Shown here one piece after another: positions 21,980 to 34,770 of a stretch of DNA of 64,000 nt. Both the position numbers and the translations under genes were made by a program. Source of the stretch: Botryllus schlosseri (lineage: Eukaryota); assembly GCA_051294905.1 (NCBI GenBank), contig CM119378.1:7130001-7194000 (forward strand), given 5' to 3'. Under the pieces are notes generated by a model. The model saw only the letters and a list, made by a program, of their open reading frames with translations, searched no databases and was not told the DNA's origin. Each line of letters starts with the position of its first letter. Position 1 is the first letter of the stretch.

Positions 21980-24900
21980 TCAGTATCCCAGCTTCTCGTT
22001 CAAGCTGATCTTTCCGTCTCCGCTTTGGTCTGAAAAAAAAAATCGGAATTAACGAGTCATTCGAATCGAAGCTAGATTTATTCCCACTTTCTGGCGGAAT
22101 CCATCCGCTGTACTTAGGGTCGTCGGAATACTGCTCCTCCTTTTTGTCCAGCTTTACCTGTAAAGAGAGGACAGGCTGTTTGGATTGGCATCAAACAGAT
22201 CCAGTTGGCATAAATCAGTGGTTCTTGCACTTCAGTACACAACATCCCCCCACCGCCGACAAAAGCGGTCTTGTTAATTTGACGAGCTTCTTGGAAGCAC
22301 AGTATTTCAATATACTATTGCAGAGTATATTCATATTCAAATGAAACTGAATATTTTCGGCTGACACTTGTCAGCTGGGTAATCGTCACAGAAACTAGTA
22401 GAGCATAGGAAAGAACATTGTATATCAACAATCGTATCATGAAAGATAACGTCACCAACATGAAATTTCGAATAATCGAATACCTTACTATACACATAAA
22501 CACAGTGAGCACATATTCATATATCCGTTCTTAGTGCGGACATAGAGGTATTCATTTAGGATTTTTCTGATACATTTATATTGTGCATAACGCCCCGTCA
22601 TGCCCGCACGCCGCATTGACTGCACAACATCGACTCCCACCTATCAACCCGGCACACTTACCGGTTTCCGTCTTTGCCTGGTTCGCTTTCTTTTCGGGGC
22701 AGGTGCGTCTTCATCGACCGCCGTGGAATCCAAAGCTTCTGAAGAGCAAAGTTGAAGGAGTTCAACGGTCGATTTGCGCAATTTTTCCGTGTACGAGCAG
22801 GCATCAAAACGAATATTTGCAAAATGGTCAATAACCTAATTTTCATATTTTTCATATTAGAGAAATCACGAGGCGGTTTTGCTTAATAACTGCTAAAACT
22901 TCAGAACTCGCATAAACAGAATGGCAATCTGAGATGAAATACTCATATTGCGCACACTCATTTTCATTGCGAAATTGCCCATAGCCTACTGATATAAACA
23001 TATTGCTGTTTTTATTTCAAGAAATGCAGCTTCTCAGGTCTTCTCAATTTCTAAATAGGTTAGATGACTATATCAAGTCATGTCCTATAGTTAATATTTG
23101 CGAAAGACAGATGACGGTTACACGATCATTGAGCTAAATTTGAAATAAACTGGCGGGGTCTGTGGGCAATTATTTACAATTTCATGCCGTTGATGTCCTA
23201 TTTTGTGATACACTTGTTGATATACAATATTCTTTCCAATTCTCTACTAGTTGCTGACGAGTGTCAGCCGAAAATATCCGGGCTCATCAATATGAATATA
23301 CTACCCAATTATTATTATCATTATATCGTTGGTACGAAATCCTACCCGATCCACTCGAGAGACGCCGTCGCAACTCATCTGGAACAGTAGGCCCCATCAT
23401 TCTCTTCTCCGCCGAGGCTTTTGCCGGGGCAGAACCGGATTTGACCCGGGTCTCGTCGACGTCCACACCATCGGGTGGGGCAACCGTTGATTTTGAAATA
23501 TGTGCAGTTTCTGCACGAGAGTCTGTTTTTGATAGGTCTGGCATGATAGAAACGGGCTCTGGATTTTTTTCTGGTTGTGTATCATCAGTCTTATCCATTA
23601 GTTTGACAGTCTTCGCCAGATTTGTTTGGCGGTCATGATTTTCGTCATCTTCAAATTCTTCCGCTTCATTTGAAACGTCTTCCTTCAAACTCGGCAATGT
23701 TTGATTTGACGATAATTTCTGTGAAAAATCAATAAAGTACAGGCTACCGTCATCGAAACAATGTTAAACCGTTACTGACCGACGTAGCAGGTGCGGTTTT
23801 CTTTCTGCCTTTCATTTTACCGACAAAAGAGTAATTTTTCGACAAGGTGCTGCAAAAGAAATCAGAAATCACAACGTTTCATGAGTTCTGCACTTGGTGG
23901 CACCAAACCCTAACACCTGACCCCTAGTCCTTCTCCAAATCTGACTACATTAATACATACATACCAAACCAACTGCCGTATATCACAATATAGCTCATGT
24001 TCAGCGAAACATTCATTTTCGGGGTTTTGAGTGCAATATTAATGCATCGCTCTCATAATTATAATAATAAGTTATTACATTTCTAATGCCGAATTCACGA
24101 AGTGCATATCACAATTCACGCTTATATTCAGTAAAACATTCCCCGATTATTCGAAATTTGAAGCAGCTGACATCATATTTGGTGATACGACTGTTGTTAT
24201 ACATTGTTGTTTGCTGACCGGTAACCCTACAAAAATAGGCGAAAATAATCTGGTTTATTTCATTCACGAATGGACTATTCAACATTCATTTTCAAATTTA
24301 TTAATACAATATTGATTCATCGCTCTCATAATATTACGGGCTATTACATTTCTCATGCCGAATTCAGCAAGTGTCGTAAATCACAATTTACGCTCGCATT
24401 CAGTGAAACATTAATATTCCCATTTCCAGATACAATATCGATTCATCGCTTTTAGTATAATAACAGTCCCTACATTTCTGACGTCAAATTCACCTCTGTA
24501 ACGGTGGCAGAGACGAGGGCCTTGCTAAGTCGGCGAGTTTCGCGACGCTCACACGTTCCTTCCTCGCCTCGAGCAATCTCCTTTTCAATTTGGCTCTGGT
24601 CGTCGTGTCGAGCGCTTTGCCGGACTTCACTTGCTGCATGAAAGCGTCCAACGGATCGACGGCGTCCGCGCTGACTGTGGTGACTAAAGCACACAGAGGT
24701 GATCAATAGCACTGTTCAAAAACAACTTTTTTTTTCAATTCTACAGGTTGCCTTAGAAAATGTTGCATTAATTTATTAAAAATTATTTTTGTTTAGAATT
24801 TTAGTGGCCACCCACCCCATGAAATTGTTACGCTGTCTGAAAAGAAGATACACAACAAATTCGACTCAATTCCAACCAGTAGAAGCCAAGTTGTTGATGT

Positions 24901-27900
24901 TCAAAATTTAGGATTTCAAACCATAGTATTTACTGTGGGTAGATTAAGAATTTGCCACCGTAAATACTGTTCTTCAAGTAAAAGTGGACTCGGGCACAAA
25001 CACATATTGAAAAGTAGTGCAAGTGCGTAATTATATCTGTGTACTACAAAGAATTAGAAGTACTTGTCACTGACCCCATCTGGCTACACTAAAATATAAT
25101 CTACAATGACTCGTTGCCATACCTGCCTTATCTTTCTCTAATTTAGTTTCAATCTCCTTGATTTCGTCATCGAGCGCCTCCACTTTCTTGAGCTGCAACA
25201 AAACGGAAGAAATCAGCGTCGCCCTACGCGGTAGAAGAAAAAAATCCAAACACCGACCAGCGAGTCGTACGTCTCCACGGTTTTGCTTCCTTTCAATCGC
25301 TTTCCGATTCTTTGCATTCTCATTTTTCGTTTCGCTTCCAGCTCGCCTGTGCGGTCGTTGAACTCGTCTTCGTCACTATCGTAATAGTCGTCATCTGCCC
25401 ATTGCTTGGCTTTCTGTTTGTGATGGCCTGACGGAAAAAATCGGACATTTTAAAGCCGGGAACGTTTCCGTATCCACATCATTCAATCATCATGTTCGAG
25501 TACTTTTGGAAACAGACTTCTAGAGAAATAAATTTGTAAAATCCTGGTATTTTCCAAACCAGTTACCAGGGCTGTGGAGCCTGCTGAGACCACTTTAAAA
25601 TTGAACGAAACGTTCTCAAATGTTACCAATACGCGTCGTCGCAGATACAAAAGTAAGGTTTTCACATAAGCAGAACTCTACAAACTTAGTTTCAATCTAC
25701 GATGACAATGTTTCTCACATTCCAAAAATAGTTTAATTCACTTGATAATAATGCTGAACTAAGGATGTAATAAATATAGGATCTTCTGAGTGGATTTACA
25801 GTAATGTTGGAGTCGGAGCTGGAGTCGGTATGTCTATAATGTCTGGAGTCGGTGGTAAAGTGAATCAATGCTACATCCCGACTGTCTAACATCCTCTCAT
25901 ACCACCATTTTAAGAATTTTTCAAATTAAAGAAATCTCGCCCAAGATAAAAAAAACTCTGAAACTCCACCCAGAAATATTCCGGATCGATAATTTCCAAC
26001 ACGTTAATCGAGGAACAAAAAAAACATCATTATAAAACACCACCTTTATGATGAAACAATCCGTGCCTGTCCAAAACCCGACAGGCCTCCATCGCGCATT
26101 GTCGGATGGTGTCTTTCTTCTTTCCCGTCGCGTTCACCTCGGCGTAGACAGGTTTTCCGCCGGGGCTGTCGACAGGAAGGCAAAGCTTCACGTGCCAGTG
26201 ACCGGAACGGCGTTCGCTGCATTCGAAATCGAGTTCCAGTTCTGAGTCAACGACAAGATTTGCATAGAAGAATGTGTTGGTCTCAAGAATGCAGAATTAG
26301 AAAATGTTCAGTTCATTCGCATTACAGATATGCATTCAGCTTGAGCCAGGATCTACCATCTTACATTTATTTTAATGAGTTATATAAAAAATTTGTCTGC
26401 ATTATTTACTTACTGATAGCCTAAAAAATACATATTTGAAGACTTCAAGTCTCTCTTAATGTTATGACATCATAACGTGTGGTTCCCTAACACTCGACTC
26501 GAAGCTTAATACTTGATTCAAATCACTCACACACTCGATTTTTCTAAGCCCGCGAAATCAGCCACATCACGCATACAGACAGTATCCTCACGTCACAACC
26601 AAGAGAGTTAGAGCCTACTCAACCATAAAGAACAATTTACCGCCGCAAAAAAACATACTTTCTCGTTCGTAAAGATTTTTCAACGCTTTCATCGGATCCT
26701 TCATGTAAAACGGTTCTTTCTTCGTTTGAACGAGGATCGCGTCGGGATGATCCGCCCGCGTGTCGCCACCTTCCTCTGTCTCTTCACCTTCGTCGCTGCT
26801 GTACTCGACCGCATCCTCCACTGGATTTAAAATATACAGTGAGTTACTGGTTCAAGAGCCAGAGCAGAAAAATGACTCTATTAATACTAAGTTACCAGGT
26901 CCGAAATTAGACTTCAAAATTACTTTAAACGTTTCGGCGGGACCTTTCCATGAAAATAGGTAACTACAGCGGAATGTTGATGCCAGACAAGATATTCGTG
27001 AACTCAAATTTCAGTCTATGCGGTGAGGGCGAATCAGATCGGATTGCATGCCGCTATGGGGTACGCATTTGCAAAGCACTCGCGTAGGCGCAATTTTCGG
27101 ACTCCTTTTCATTTATTGCGATAAAGAGGCTATTTCGCCCAGTTATGTTCATTCACAAATGTGACGCAAACTACCTTACTAAATCCAGACTGTAAAAAGT
27201 AAGTAATTCTGCCTAAAATGGTCAAGTAGACTAAAAACATGCCCAATTGAGCAAGTAGTACAAGCAGGCAAAGCCTTCTCGCAGCACTTACTACCTCACA
27301 TTACTTCTACCTTCTACTTGGTACCAACAATGACTATTTTGATCACACATGACGCCCGTATCTTCCGTGCAACTGTCGAGCAGGTTCTTCTATACGGAAT
27401 AGAGGCACTCACGCTGACAGAGAAGCTGGCTAAGACGCTCAACGCTAACTACGACGCACTCCTCCGCTATGCACTCGGCATTCACCATCCGGAGCATATA
27501 TCCACGAATGCATTGCGAGAGCTCACAGGAACGGTCCCATGCCATCTACTGGCAGCTGAACGACGCTTCCGCCTAATCGGGCATCTAGTGCGGCACCAAG
27601 ACGAGCAACCAGCCGCCGGCATCATCAATTACATTCCGACGGAGCCATGGCGCAGAGGTGGCTGGAATCGGAAAACATGGCGCTCGACAATGGAGACTGA
27701 CCTAGCGCAACGCGGGCTGTCGCTTGAAGACGCCCACGACCGCCTACGTTGGAGACGCTTAATACGAGCCTAAAACTGATTATCTTGATGTTTTTTTTGT
27801 TTCCTGTTTTCTTTTGCCCTTTTCATTTTATTCTAATTGAAAAGTCGATATATATATGACGCCGTTAGACACCCTTTCCGCACAAAACCATACTCACACA

Positions 27901-30900
27901 TCCCCCACGTTACACCCGAGTTCTCTGCGCCCCTGGTACGGTTCTTCGCTTCCGTTTCCTCCTCGTCGCTGCTGCTGTCTTCTCCCATCATCATTTTCTC
28001 AAGATCTTTCTTTTTCTTGATCTTCTGCCTGAGATTAGAGAGACCTCGTGTCGATTACGATTCGCAAAGTCCAAATTTCGAACTCACTTATTAAACTCTC
28101 GCAGTTGCGTCGCGCTTTCCTCGGACTCCTGCTCCTGGTCGTCTTCGGGTCCCTGAAGTATCAATGAACATAGTTTACAGGCGCATAGCCGGCCACGACA
28201 AGGGAACGGTTGGTTTTCAAGTTCACCAAGGTAGCGTCAATTTCTTAGGATTCAGTACACGTGTGAATGCCAATAATACATGGATTGGATAGGACCAGCC
28301 ACCTCGTGTTGATGCCAATTTACATTTTAATTTACAAGCCTAGCGATTGTTAGGCGGCTTGCTGTCGTTGAAATACAGGCCTATGTCGGTGCTTAACTAG
28401 AGAATTGAGTAGGCCTAGTAGCCTAGAAAAGTTGACTTGATGATATCAGCTGGCCATTTTCTCTGTTGCTCCAGTTATTACCCAGGTGTGCAGGCCTACT
28501 TTTGAAGTAGGCTAACTGACTGACGTACGAGCGTGCGCGCAAGCAATTAAGGTCTGGTTACCTCCCCGCGTGCAACACGCTCGGTCGTGGGAATAACCAT
28601 CGAATAGCGCACATTCGTGCACCTGCACAGTTCTCTGTGGCGATCGCGGTCGCACTCTTCTATGCGGAAAAAACGAACCATAAGAAAAAGTAGTAACGCA
28701 TACCATGATTTCTCTGTCACGTCATAAAGACAAAATATGCTACTCAAGGTGAAACCCCCCTTTGACCTCGGCTGGATACGCCACTGCGAGCAGGGATATT
28801 TTGAAAACAGACAGTGTTCTAAATTACAGTAGATTAATCGGCTTAAATCTATGTACAAATGTCAATGCAACAAGTACGAGATAATCTTGCTTGCGTTAAC
28901 GTCTCTATATCAGGGTTGTAATGACTCGACTCTTGTCACGATTTTCTGATGACTCAACTGGACTCGAGTCATTTTCTCAAAATACGGAAATGACTCGACT
29001 CGACTCAAGTCAATCTGTGTATTGACTTGACTTGGACTCGAGTCATTGCTCAACTCGAGACTCAGACGGCCAAGACCGACATTTCACTGTAATTTCGAAG
29101 AATAGTGACGTAACCACCCTATTGGTATTTTGTCTATTGGTACTAGTACTTGAAAATGCGACCAGAAACTGCTAAAAGTGACGAAAATTAGTATCTTATC
29201 AATGCGAACCATTTGATATCACCAGACAAAGTTATAAAAGTGGGTTGAACAAGACTTTAACTGGAAAATGAGCAGTCAACATAATGACTCGGACTCGCAC
29301 CTCTGCTCGATGACTTGGACTCGGACTTGACTCGGTGGTGAATTGAAAATGACTTGTGAGATTGACATGCGACTCGGAGCCTTGCGACTTGGTTACCTTA
29401 CAACCCTGCTCTATATGCATAGATATATGCTAGTTACGGTATATCAACATATATAAAAGATTTAGATGGATTTTATTCAAGTAACCGAGGCCTAGTTTGG
29501 CCCTATGAAATCTGACAAGTGGTGATATATCTCAACCTCCATTATACTGTAATATGTCTAGTTCATCAATTATGGCTCATTGTAATTGATCATTAATCGA
29601 CCGTGCCAGATGTCGCGCTTCGCTTACTGTCCCAAATCTTGTTTTGTACACTTCTTTATCTTCACAGATCGTAGTGTGATTGGGGTTATTATCTATTATC
29701 TTGCAATAAAAAAACAGTAGTCACACTCATACTGTGGATTGCGTGGGATTTATTGAGCAGAAGTGGAAACAGCCTAAAAACACTTCGTTACTGATCGCCA
29801 CGGCTTGTATCTGCCCTGTCTGGTTTAAAGCGCAAACCCACAGAAAACCGACCTGTAAAATGAACATCCTCGTGCTGCCGCCAAACTTGACCACGTGTCC
29901 GACTTTGATGCGATAGAATAACTTCGACCGAACGTTCTGCTTGTTGATGATCGTGCCGTGGGTGCTTCCCAAGTCGCGGACGTAAAAACCAGAACTGCCG
30001 TCCTTCTGCAACTCGACATCAAGGGCTTGCGCGTCTGGTGAGCCGTACTGAAGAACCGCATGATACCTGCGATATATCTACTTTAATCTCGCCGATATGT
30101 AAAATCTACAGGCGGTGTTGCCGACCAAGTCACGATTCCGGACTTGGACACGTTGACTATACGTCCAGGCTCTAGCTACATATTGCAATTCTGCATACAT
30201 TTTCCATAAATGATATCAGCTAACTTTCAATCAAAGGCTGATATGAATTATGTACACATGTGATGGCCTTCTCAATTTCAAGAACACTTGACTTTTCTGA
30301 AAAAATAGGTGTCACACTTGTAAGAGCAAATATAGTTATTCAAATTATCGTATTCGCTGAAATTATCAGAATGTTTATTACAGAATATTACGAATACATG
30401 TCTTGTCACAATCCGTTGAAACCAGACCGCCGGTACCTCACACATGCAAACATTAATATTGTTTCAAGAGGTTGTGCCCTTGAGTAGGGGCTATTGTTAG
30501 TCTTGTTCGAAATGGCCTTACATAACCTACATTACCTGCTAATGATTGTTGAATCTACGTGGCAGATCAACATGTAGTTTGCTTTGTGAGACATTCAACT
30601 AGTCGATGAACTCTACATAATAGCTACCAACATTAGAGGTAGGTAAGCCAAGTCGCCAATGTGAAAGTAGGCTGTATTTTACTATCGCTTTGGTATATCG
30701 TAATAAAATATTACCGTTGCTCACAAATCTTACACTGGGGATTATTCAGCGCGACCGTTAGCACCACTGATACAGAGATTTGGCAAGAATCTCAACGTAT
30801 CGACTGATGCTAAAAAATTAGTCATATAATTTACCACTATGAATACCCATGATACACTTGTAATTAATTATACACATTAGCATCATATGTGTAATTGTGA

Positions 30901-33743
30901 ATCCTTAAAATATATCAAATTTCTGCCAAACCTCAAAACAACATTGCCGCAGATACATGCTAACTAGTCTTGAGTGTATTGTACATATATCCCCCAGCCA
31001 GATATCATTGGACAAAGGCACAAGGACGGTATATTACACAATCCAGCTTCCTGGCTAGTCAGACTGGGCTCAGTCACAGTTATTAACACACCCCTACAGT
31101 GCTGCCCTTCTAGAATATCGCTAATTGGTATTAATCAGAAATTAGGTGCTCTATTCAGTAGTGATTCAGCAACTGAATCTAAACACAATACCTTGATATC
31201 GATGGATGATCCATTTTAATATCGCACTCAGGCAGTCTTCCGACGAGAAAATGGTCCTTCCCTGACAACTTGACATTGTCGACGATAGACCCATTTTTTA
31301 GCACCTTTCGAAATGTAAAGTATCTCGATTAACCACGATTTTCAACATCGACAGTTCTTGGAAATACACGTGATGGCGTTGACGACATCAGGAAAAAGCC
31401 TGTCTGAGGCAAACAAGGAATTCCTCGTATGAGGTCATTTTGGTTATAGTATATCAAACAAATTTTCCTGCAACTACGACGTTTACGCAAAACGGAAGTA
31501 AAGTTTCGATCAGAGATAGTCAGTACTCCTTTTTAGAGTCCCCATGTACGCTTTACCAACTGCTTACTCAATTGGTAATATTTTTACACTGCTTCAACTT
31601 CCACTTCTACTAAAGCACCCAAACTGACTGCTTCAACGGCCTCTGGTTCCAATTCAACAGGACATCATTGTTGACAATGAAACAAGTCTAAATTACCTCT
31701 AATGAATATTTACCGTCATCGGGAGTGCGGCACCAGTCCGGCGTTTCGTAAGTCAGTTTTGCCGGAGGCGCTTTCGGCTTTGAAGGTTTACTCGGCTCCG
31801 AGTCTTCCTCGTCACTTTTTGTTTTCACTGACTCTGCAAAAATATCCGACTGGGTAATTACCAACAGGAGATATCATTGTGTAAATGTGTATCCAACCAG
31901 GTGATTTGCGTAGCGACACATCTGTCGAATACAGATGTCATTGAAATGTGTGGATGGTAATGAGAATTCTGGGCAAAATCAAGAACCCGGGTGACCCGAT
32001 TCTGAGTTTCGCTTACTACGATATGTACCTTTCATGCCGACGCAATGGAAAAAACACAAGTTCTACATTACATTAAAGGCAATAATTTCACCGTACTTTG
32101 TGACAATGCTGTAGGCCGACCACAATTTCAAACAAATGCAATTTACACTGTCGTGTATAGCTTTGCGATACACGTTTCATACCCTGTGACGCCACCGGTC
32201 TAGGTTACAAAGCTTCCCCGGTAGGAAAAAGTATCAAAGCTACATTTCTCGTAGATGAATTTACTTTTCGTGGTAAAGGGGCGTTCTCATAGGGTTACCA
32301 TATTTTGGAATCAAAAAAGTCATATTTTATCGGAACTCAAAACAGCTGATTTCAAGATTTATACTACAAATCTTGTTGTTTTGACTAAAAAAATTGGAAA
32401 GCTGTAGAGGAGGACGAATTTCCAAAAAGGAAGACATTTAGGAGTCCTCGAAGGACATTTTCAATTTCCTGAAAAAGGAAGACATATGGTAACCCTCCTA
32501 GTATAAAACCTCAGCCTCGAATCATCACAAATAATACTCATTTCGCATTCGAGTACTCAAATCATTGTGCTCAGAGCTTAGCGCTAGTTATAACGAGCAT
32601 GAATCCTAAATAGCATCATTGTCGTCAGAAGGTAGATTGACTGCCCGGACTACCACGATAACAGAACTAATTTGGCGTTTTTTATCGGCAAATCAAGACT
32701 CGCTGCATATAGCGATATAAATCTAGGTAATTTTTTGGGTAATAACACAGAGTAAAGTCAAGAAAATATCTTGAAACATGATACAGGAAATACATGTTTC
32801 GGTAAGGCCGTTATAGGTATCACATAGATTGAGGTCAATGTCGCATCTCTAAACGTTATACAGGAAATGACAACCCGACGGGTCGTGTGATGTGATATAA
32901 TATGTGTATGGTGAAATACGTATAAAAAATATTGTGTGACTCAAGGTAAAATATCCATTAACTCATTCAACTGCATTACATTTGGAACGATTCAATAAAT
33001 TGGAGACAGAAACAAAGAACTTTGTCGGTGTGATCAAATTAGGTGGGTGCGAGACATACTCTGTGGTACGTCAGTCGAAGCCGTTCACTGCCGTGGACGT
33101 AGGTCTGTCAAAAGGGAGATATACACAAGAATTGTACAAGTGACCTTCAGGAGCCAGATTGCACAAGTACAACATCACGAAGACACTCGCCCTGCATTAT
33201 AGGCCTACTGCATAACACAGGCTCGTGATGTGGTGTGAATTCCAACAAATCCGCCTATTAAAAACAATCACAGAAGGAAAGATGTCAAATTTCGCAGGGC
33301 TGTTCTCTACAAGTACACAAGCACGACGCAACAATCAACCAAACAAGATGCCTACCGCTTTTTCTTTTCGACGGAAAATCAGCGACAAAAGCCGCTACTT
33401 TCGGCGCTTTGTATATGTCGGCAGGAATCGCGTACCGCGACTTAATCGTCATAGAAACGGGTTTGTCGGCCTGCTTCTTTGAATTCGAAGCCGGAACGGC
33501 GGGAGACCGGAACTCATTGGCATTTTCACACGTAATAGTGTTTTTATCAGCTGTATCCTGCAATTTATCTGGATTTTGCTCAATGTCTTTTGCTGATGTC
33601 GGAATGGCAGGTGTCCGAAATTCGTCTTTGGCAGTGCTGCTTACAGCCTCTGCTGCAACCTCCGATGCATATGTCTCTACAGAATCTTTTCCAGCATCAT
33701 CTACCATCTCAGCAGACGGATCTGCACTCTCGACATCATCCAT
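21980..33743 (-). CDS. SLC4A1AP: Kanadaptin (SLC4A1 adaptor protein; FHA + dsRBD-like), 16 exons, about 825 aa
   Basis: Exons 33356-33743, 31697-31833, 31192-31304, 29853-30066, 28088-28152, 27898-28028, 26659-26820, 26044-26241, 25258-25427, 25123-25192, 24494-24683, 23780-23849, 23346-23718, 22662-22738, 22088-22157, 21980-22029 (2478 nt, in frame, ends TGA). FHA motifs [23 protein letters not shown] and [11 protein letters not shown]...[22 protein letters not shown]. Other family motifs: [46 protein letters not shown], and C-terminal [28 protein letters not shown]. Confidence 0.93.
24694..25082. mobile_element. CAGAGGTGRTCA-family MITE filling most of SLC4A1AP intron 10
   Basis: CAGAGGTGATCAA at 24694 and GTCACTGACCCCATCTG at 25082; occupies 389 of 439 intron bases. 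Confidence 0.6.
27345..27790 (+). mobile_element. 5'-truncated RTE-clade non-LTR retrotransposon, 3' end of ORF, in SLC4A1AP intron (antisense to host)
   Basis: ORF 27318-27773 carries RTE C-terminal motifs [36 protein letters not shown] and [11 protein letters not shown]. No RT core is present. Confidence 0.85.
28911..29408. mobile_element. Non-autonomous hAT MITE with GACTC/GAGTC arrays, 498 bp
   Basis: TIR CAGGGTTGTAA / TTACAACCCTG; perfect 8-bp TSD CTCTATAT (28903-28910 and 29409-29416). Confidence 0.92.
32290..32497. mobile_element. MITE, TAGGGTTACCAT family (second copy)
   Basis: TAGGGTTACCATAT ... ATATGGTAACCCT; homologous to 21031-21352 in inverted orientation. Confidence 0.6.
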
Positions 33744-34001
33744 CGCCTAGCGGCATAAAAAAGCTACCGACATTAACATATCTAAGAAGAAAATGCATGT
33801 AAAAGATGATTGACTAGACCGCAATCGGCGCAAAATAGTAAATTTCCTACAAACGGTCCACAAGTCGAAAACAAGTTGCCTAGATCAAAAGTAACAACTT
33901 AATAATAGTCGGTAAATCATCGAGAGCAACACTGAAGACACTGCGACATCACGGAATGCTCACAAGCTTCCTAACAAATTACTTGCTATATCATTCCATA
34001 C

Positions 34002-34127
34002 CAGGGGTTCTTCAACTGGGGTCTGCGGACCACTATTAATGGGTTCATGAAAGGACATGTCACTCCACGCCAGAGGTTGTCAAAACTGGGGTTCACGGAC
34101 TAGTTTTAATGTGTCCATGAAAGGACA
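34002..34127. repeat. Tandemly duplicated hAT-like left end (about 69-bp period) between PRPF40A and SLC4A1AP
   Basis: CAGGGGTTCTTCAACTGGGGTC...CATGAAAGGACA and CAGAGGTTGTCAAAACTGGGGTT...CATGAAAGGACA. Confidence 0.6.
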
Positions 34128-34770
34128 ATGCTAAAAGTACAACGTCTTCACTTATAAGATCCTATTTGCGGGGTTCACCATACGCTTGAATTGATAATGA
34201 GACAGCGACGAGCTCCGAGCGAAAGCGAACACCTTTGTTTTAGTCATGAAGTAGCCTTTTATGATTCGACGACAGTGATGACATTTTTTTAGTCATCAGC
34301 TTCCCAAATTTCACGGCTAGCCTGCTAAGAATTTTCAGCTGTCTTCCCACATTTTGTGTTAGTGCAATTTAAACTCTGACTAGGTCACAACAAGAGAGCG
34401 ATGCAACCACCCCAAAATGCTAAAGAACCCCTGTTTTATACGAAGAAAATCAATGACCGGCAACAATCAAAATGACTTCGGCACGCGACCGTATACCAAA
34501 AGAATTTTTGACACAAAAAATGAAGTTAGCCTGCTACACCGTGACTGCGAAAAACAGCAAAACATGCATTGCATACTAAACCAACCGACAGCCGATATCG
34601 ATGACACAGACCACCTCAGTACACAATCGCCAGTAGCACCGGATACTGCAAGACTTTTATGGCGCAAAAATCCAATTCGACAGCGAAAAACAGCAAAATC
34701 ATCGACTCTTATCGGATTTTTTCGGTGTTGGATTTTCACGCAATCAAATTTTTTAGCAGCCGTCTCCCAC

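Noticed and set aside
25193-25270. Alternative splice choice GAGAC|GTACGA with acceptor CGCGTAG in SLC4A1AP
   Set aside because: In frame, but the 25258/25192 junction restores the conserved ETYDSLLKK helix; kept only as a possible minor isoform.
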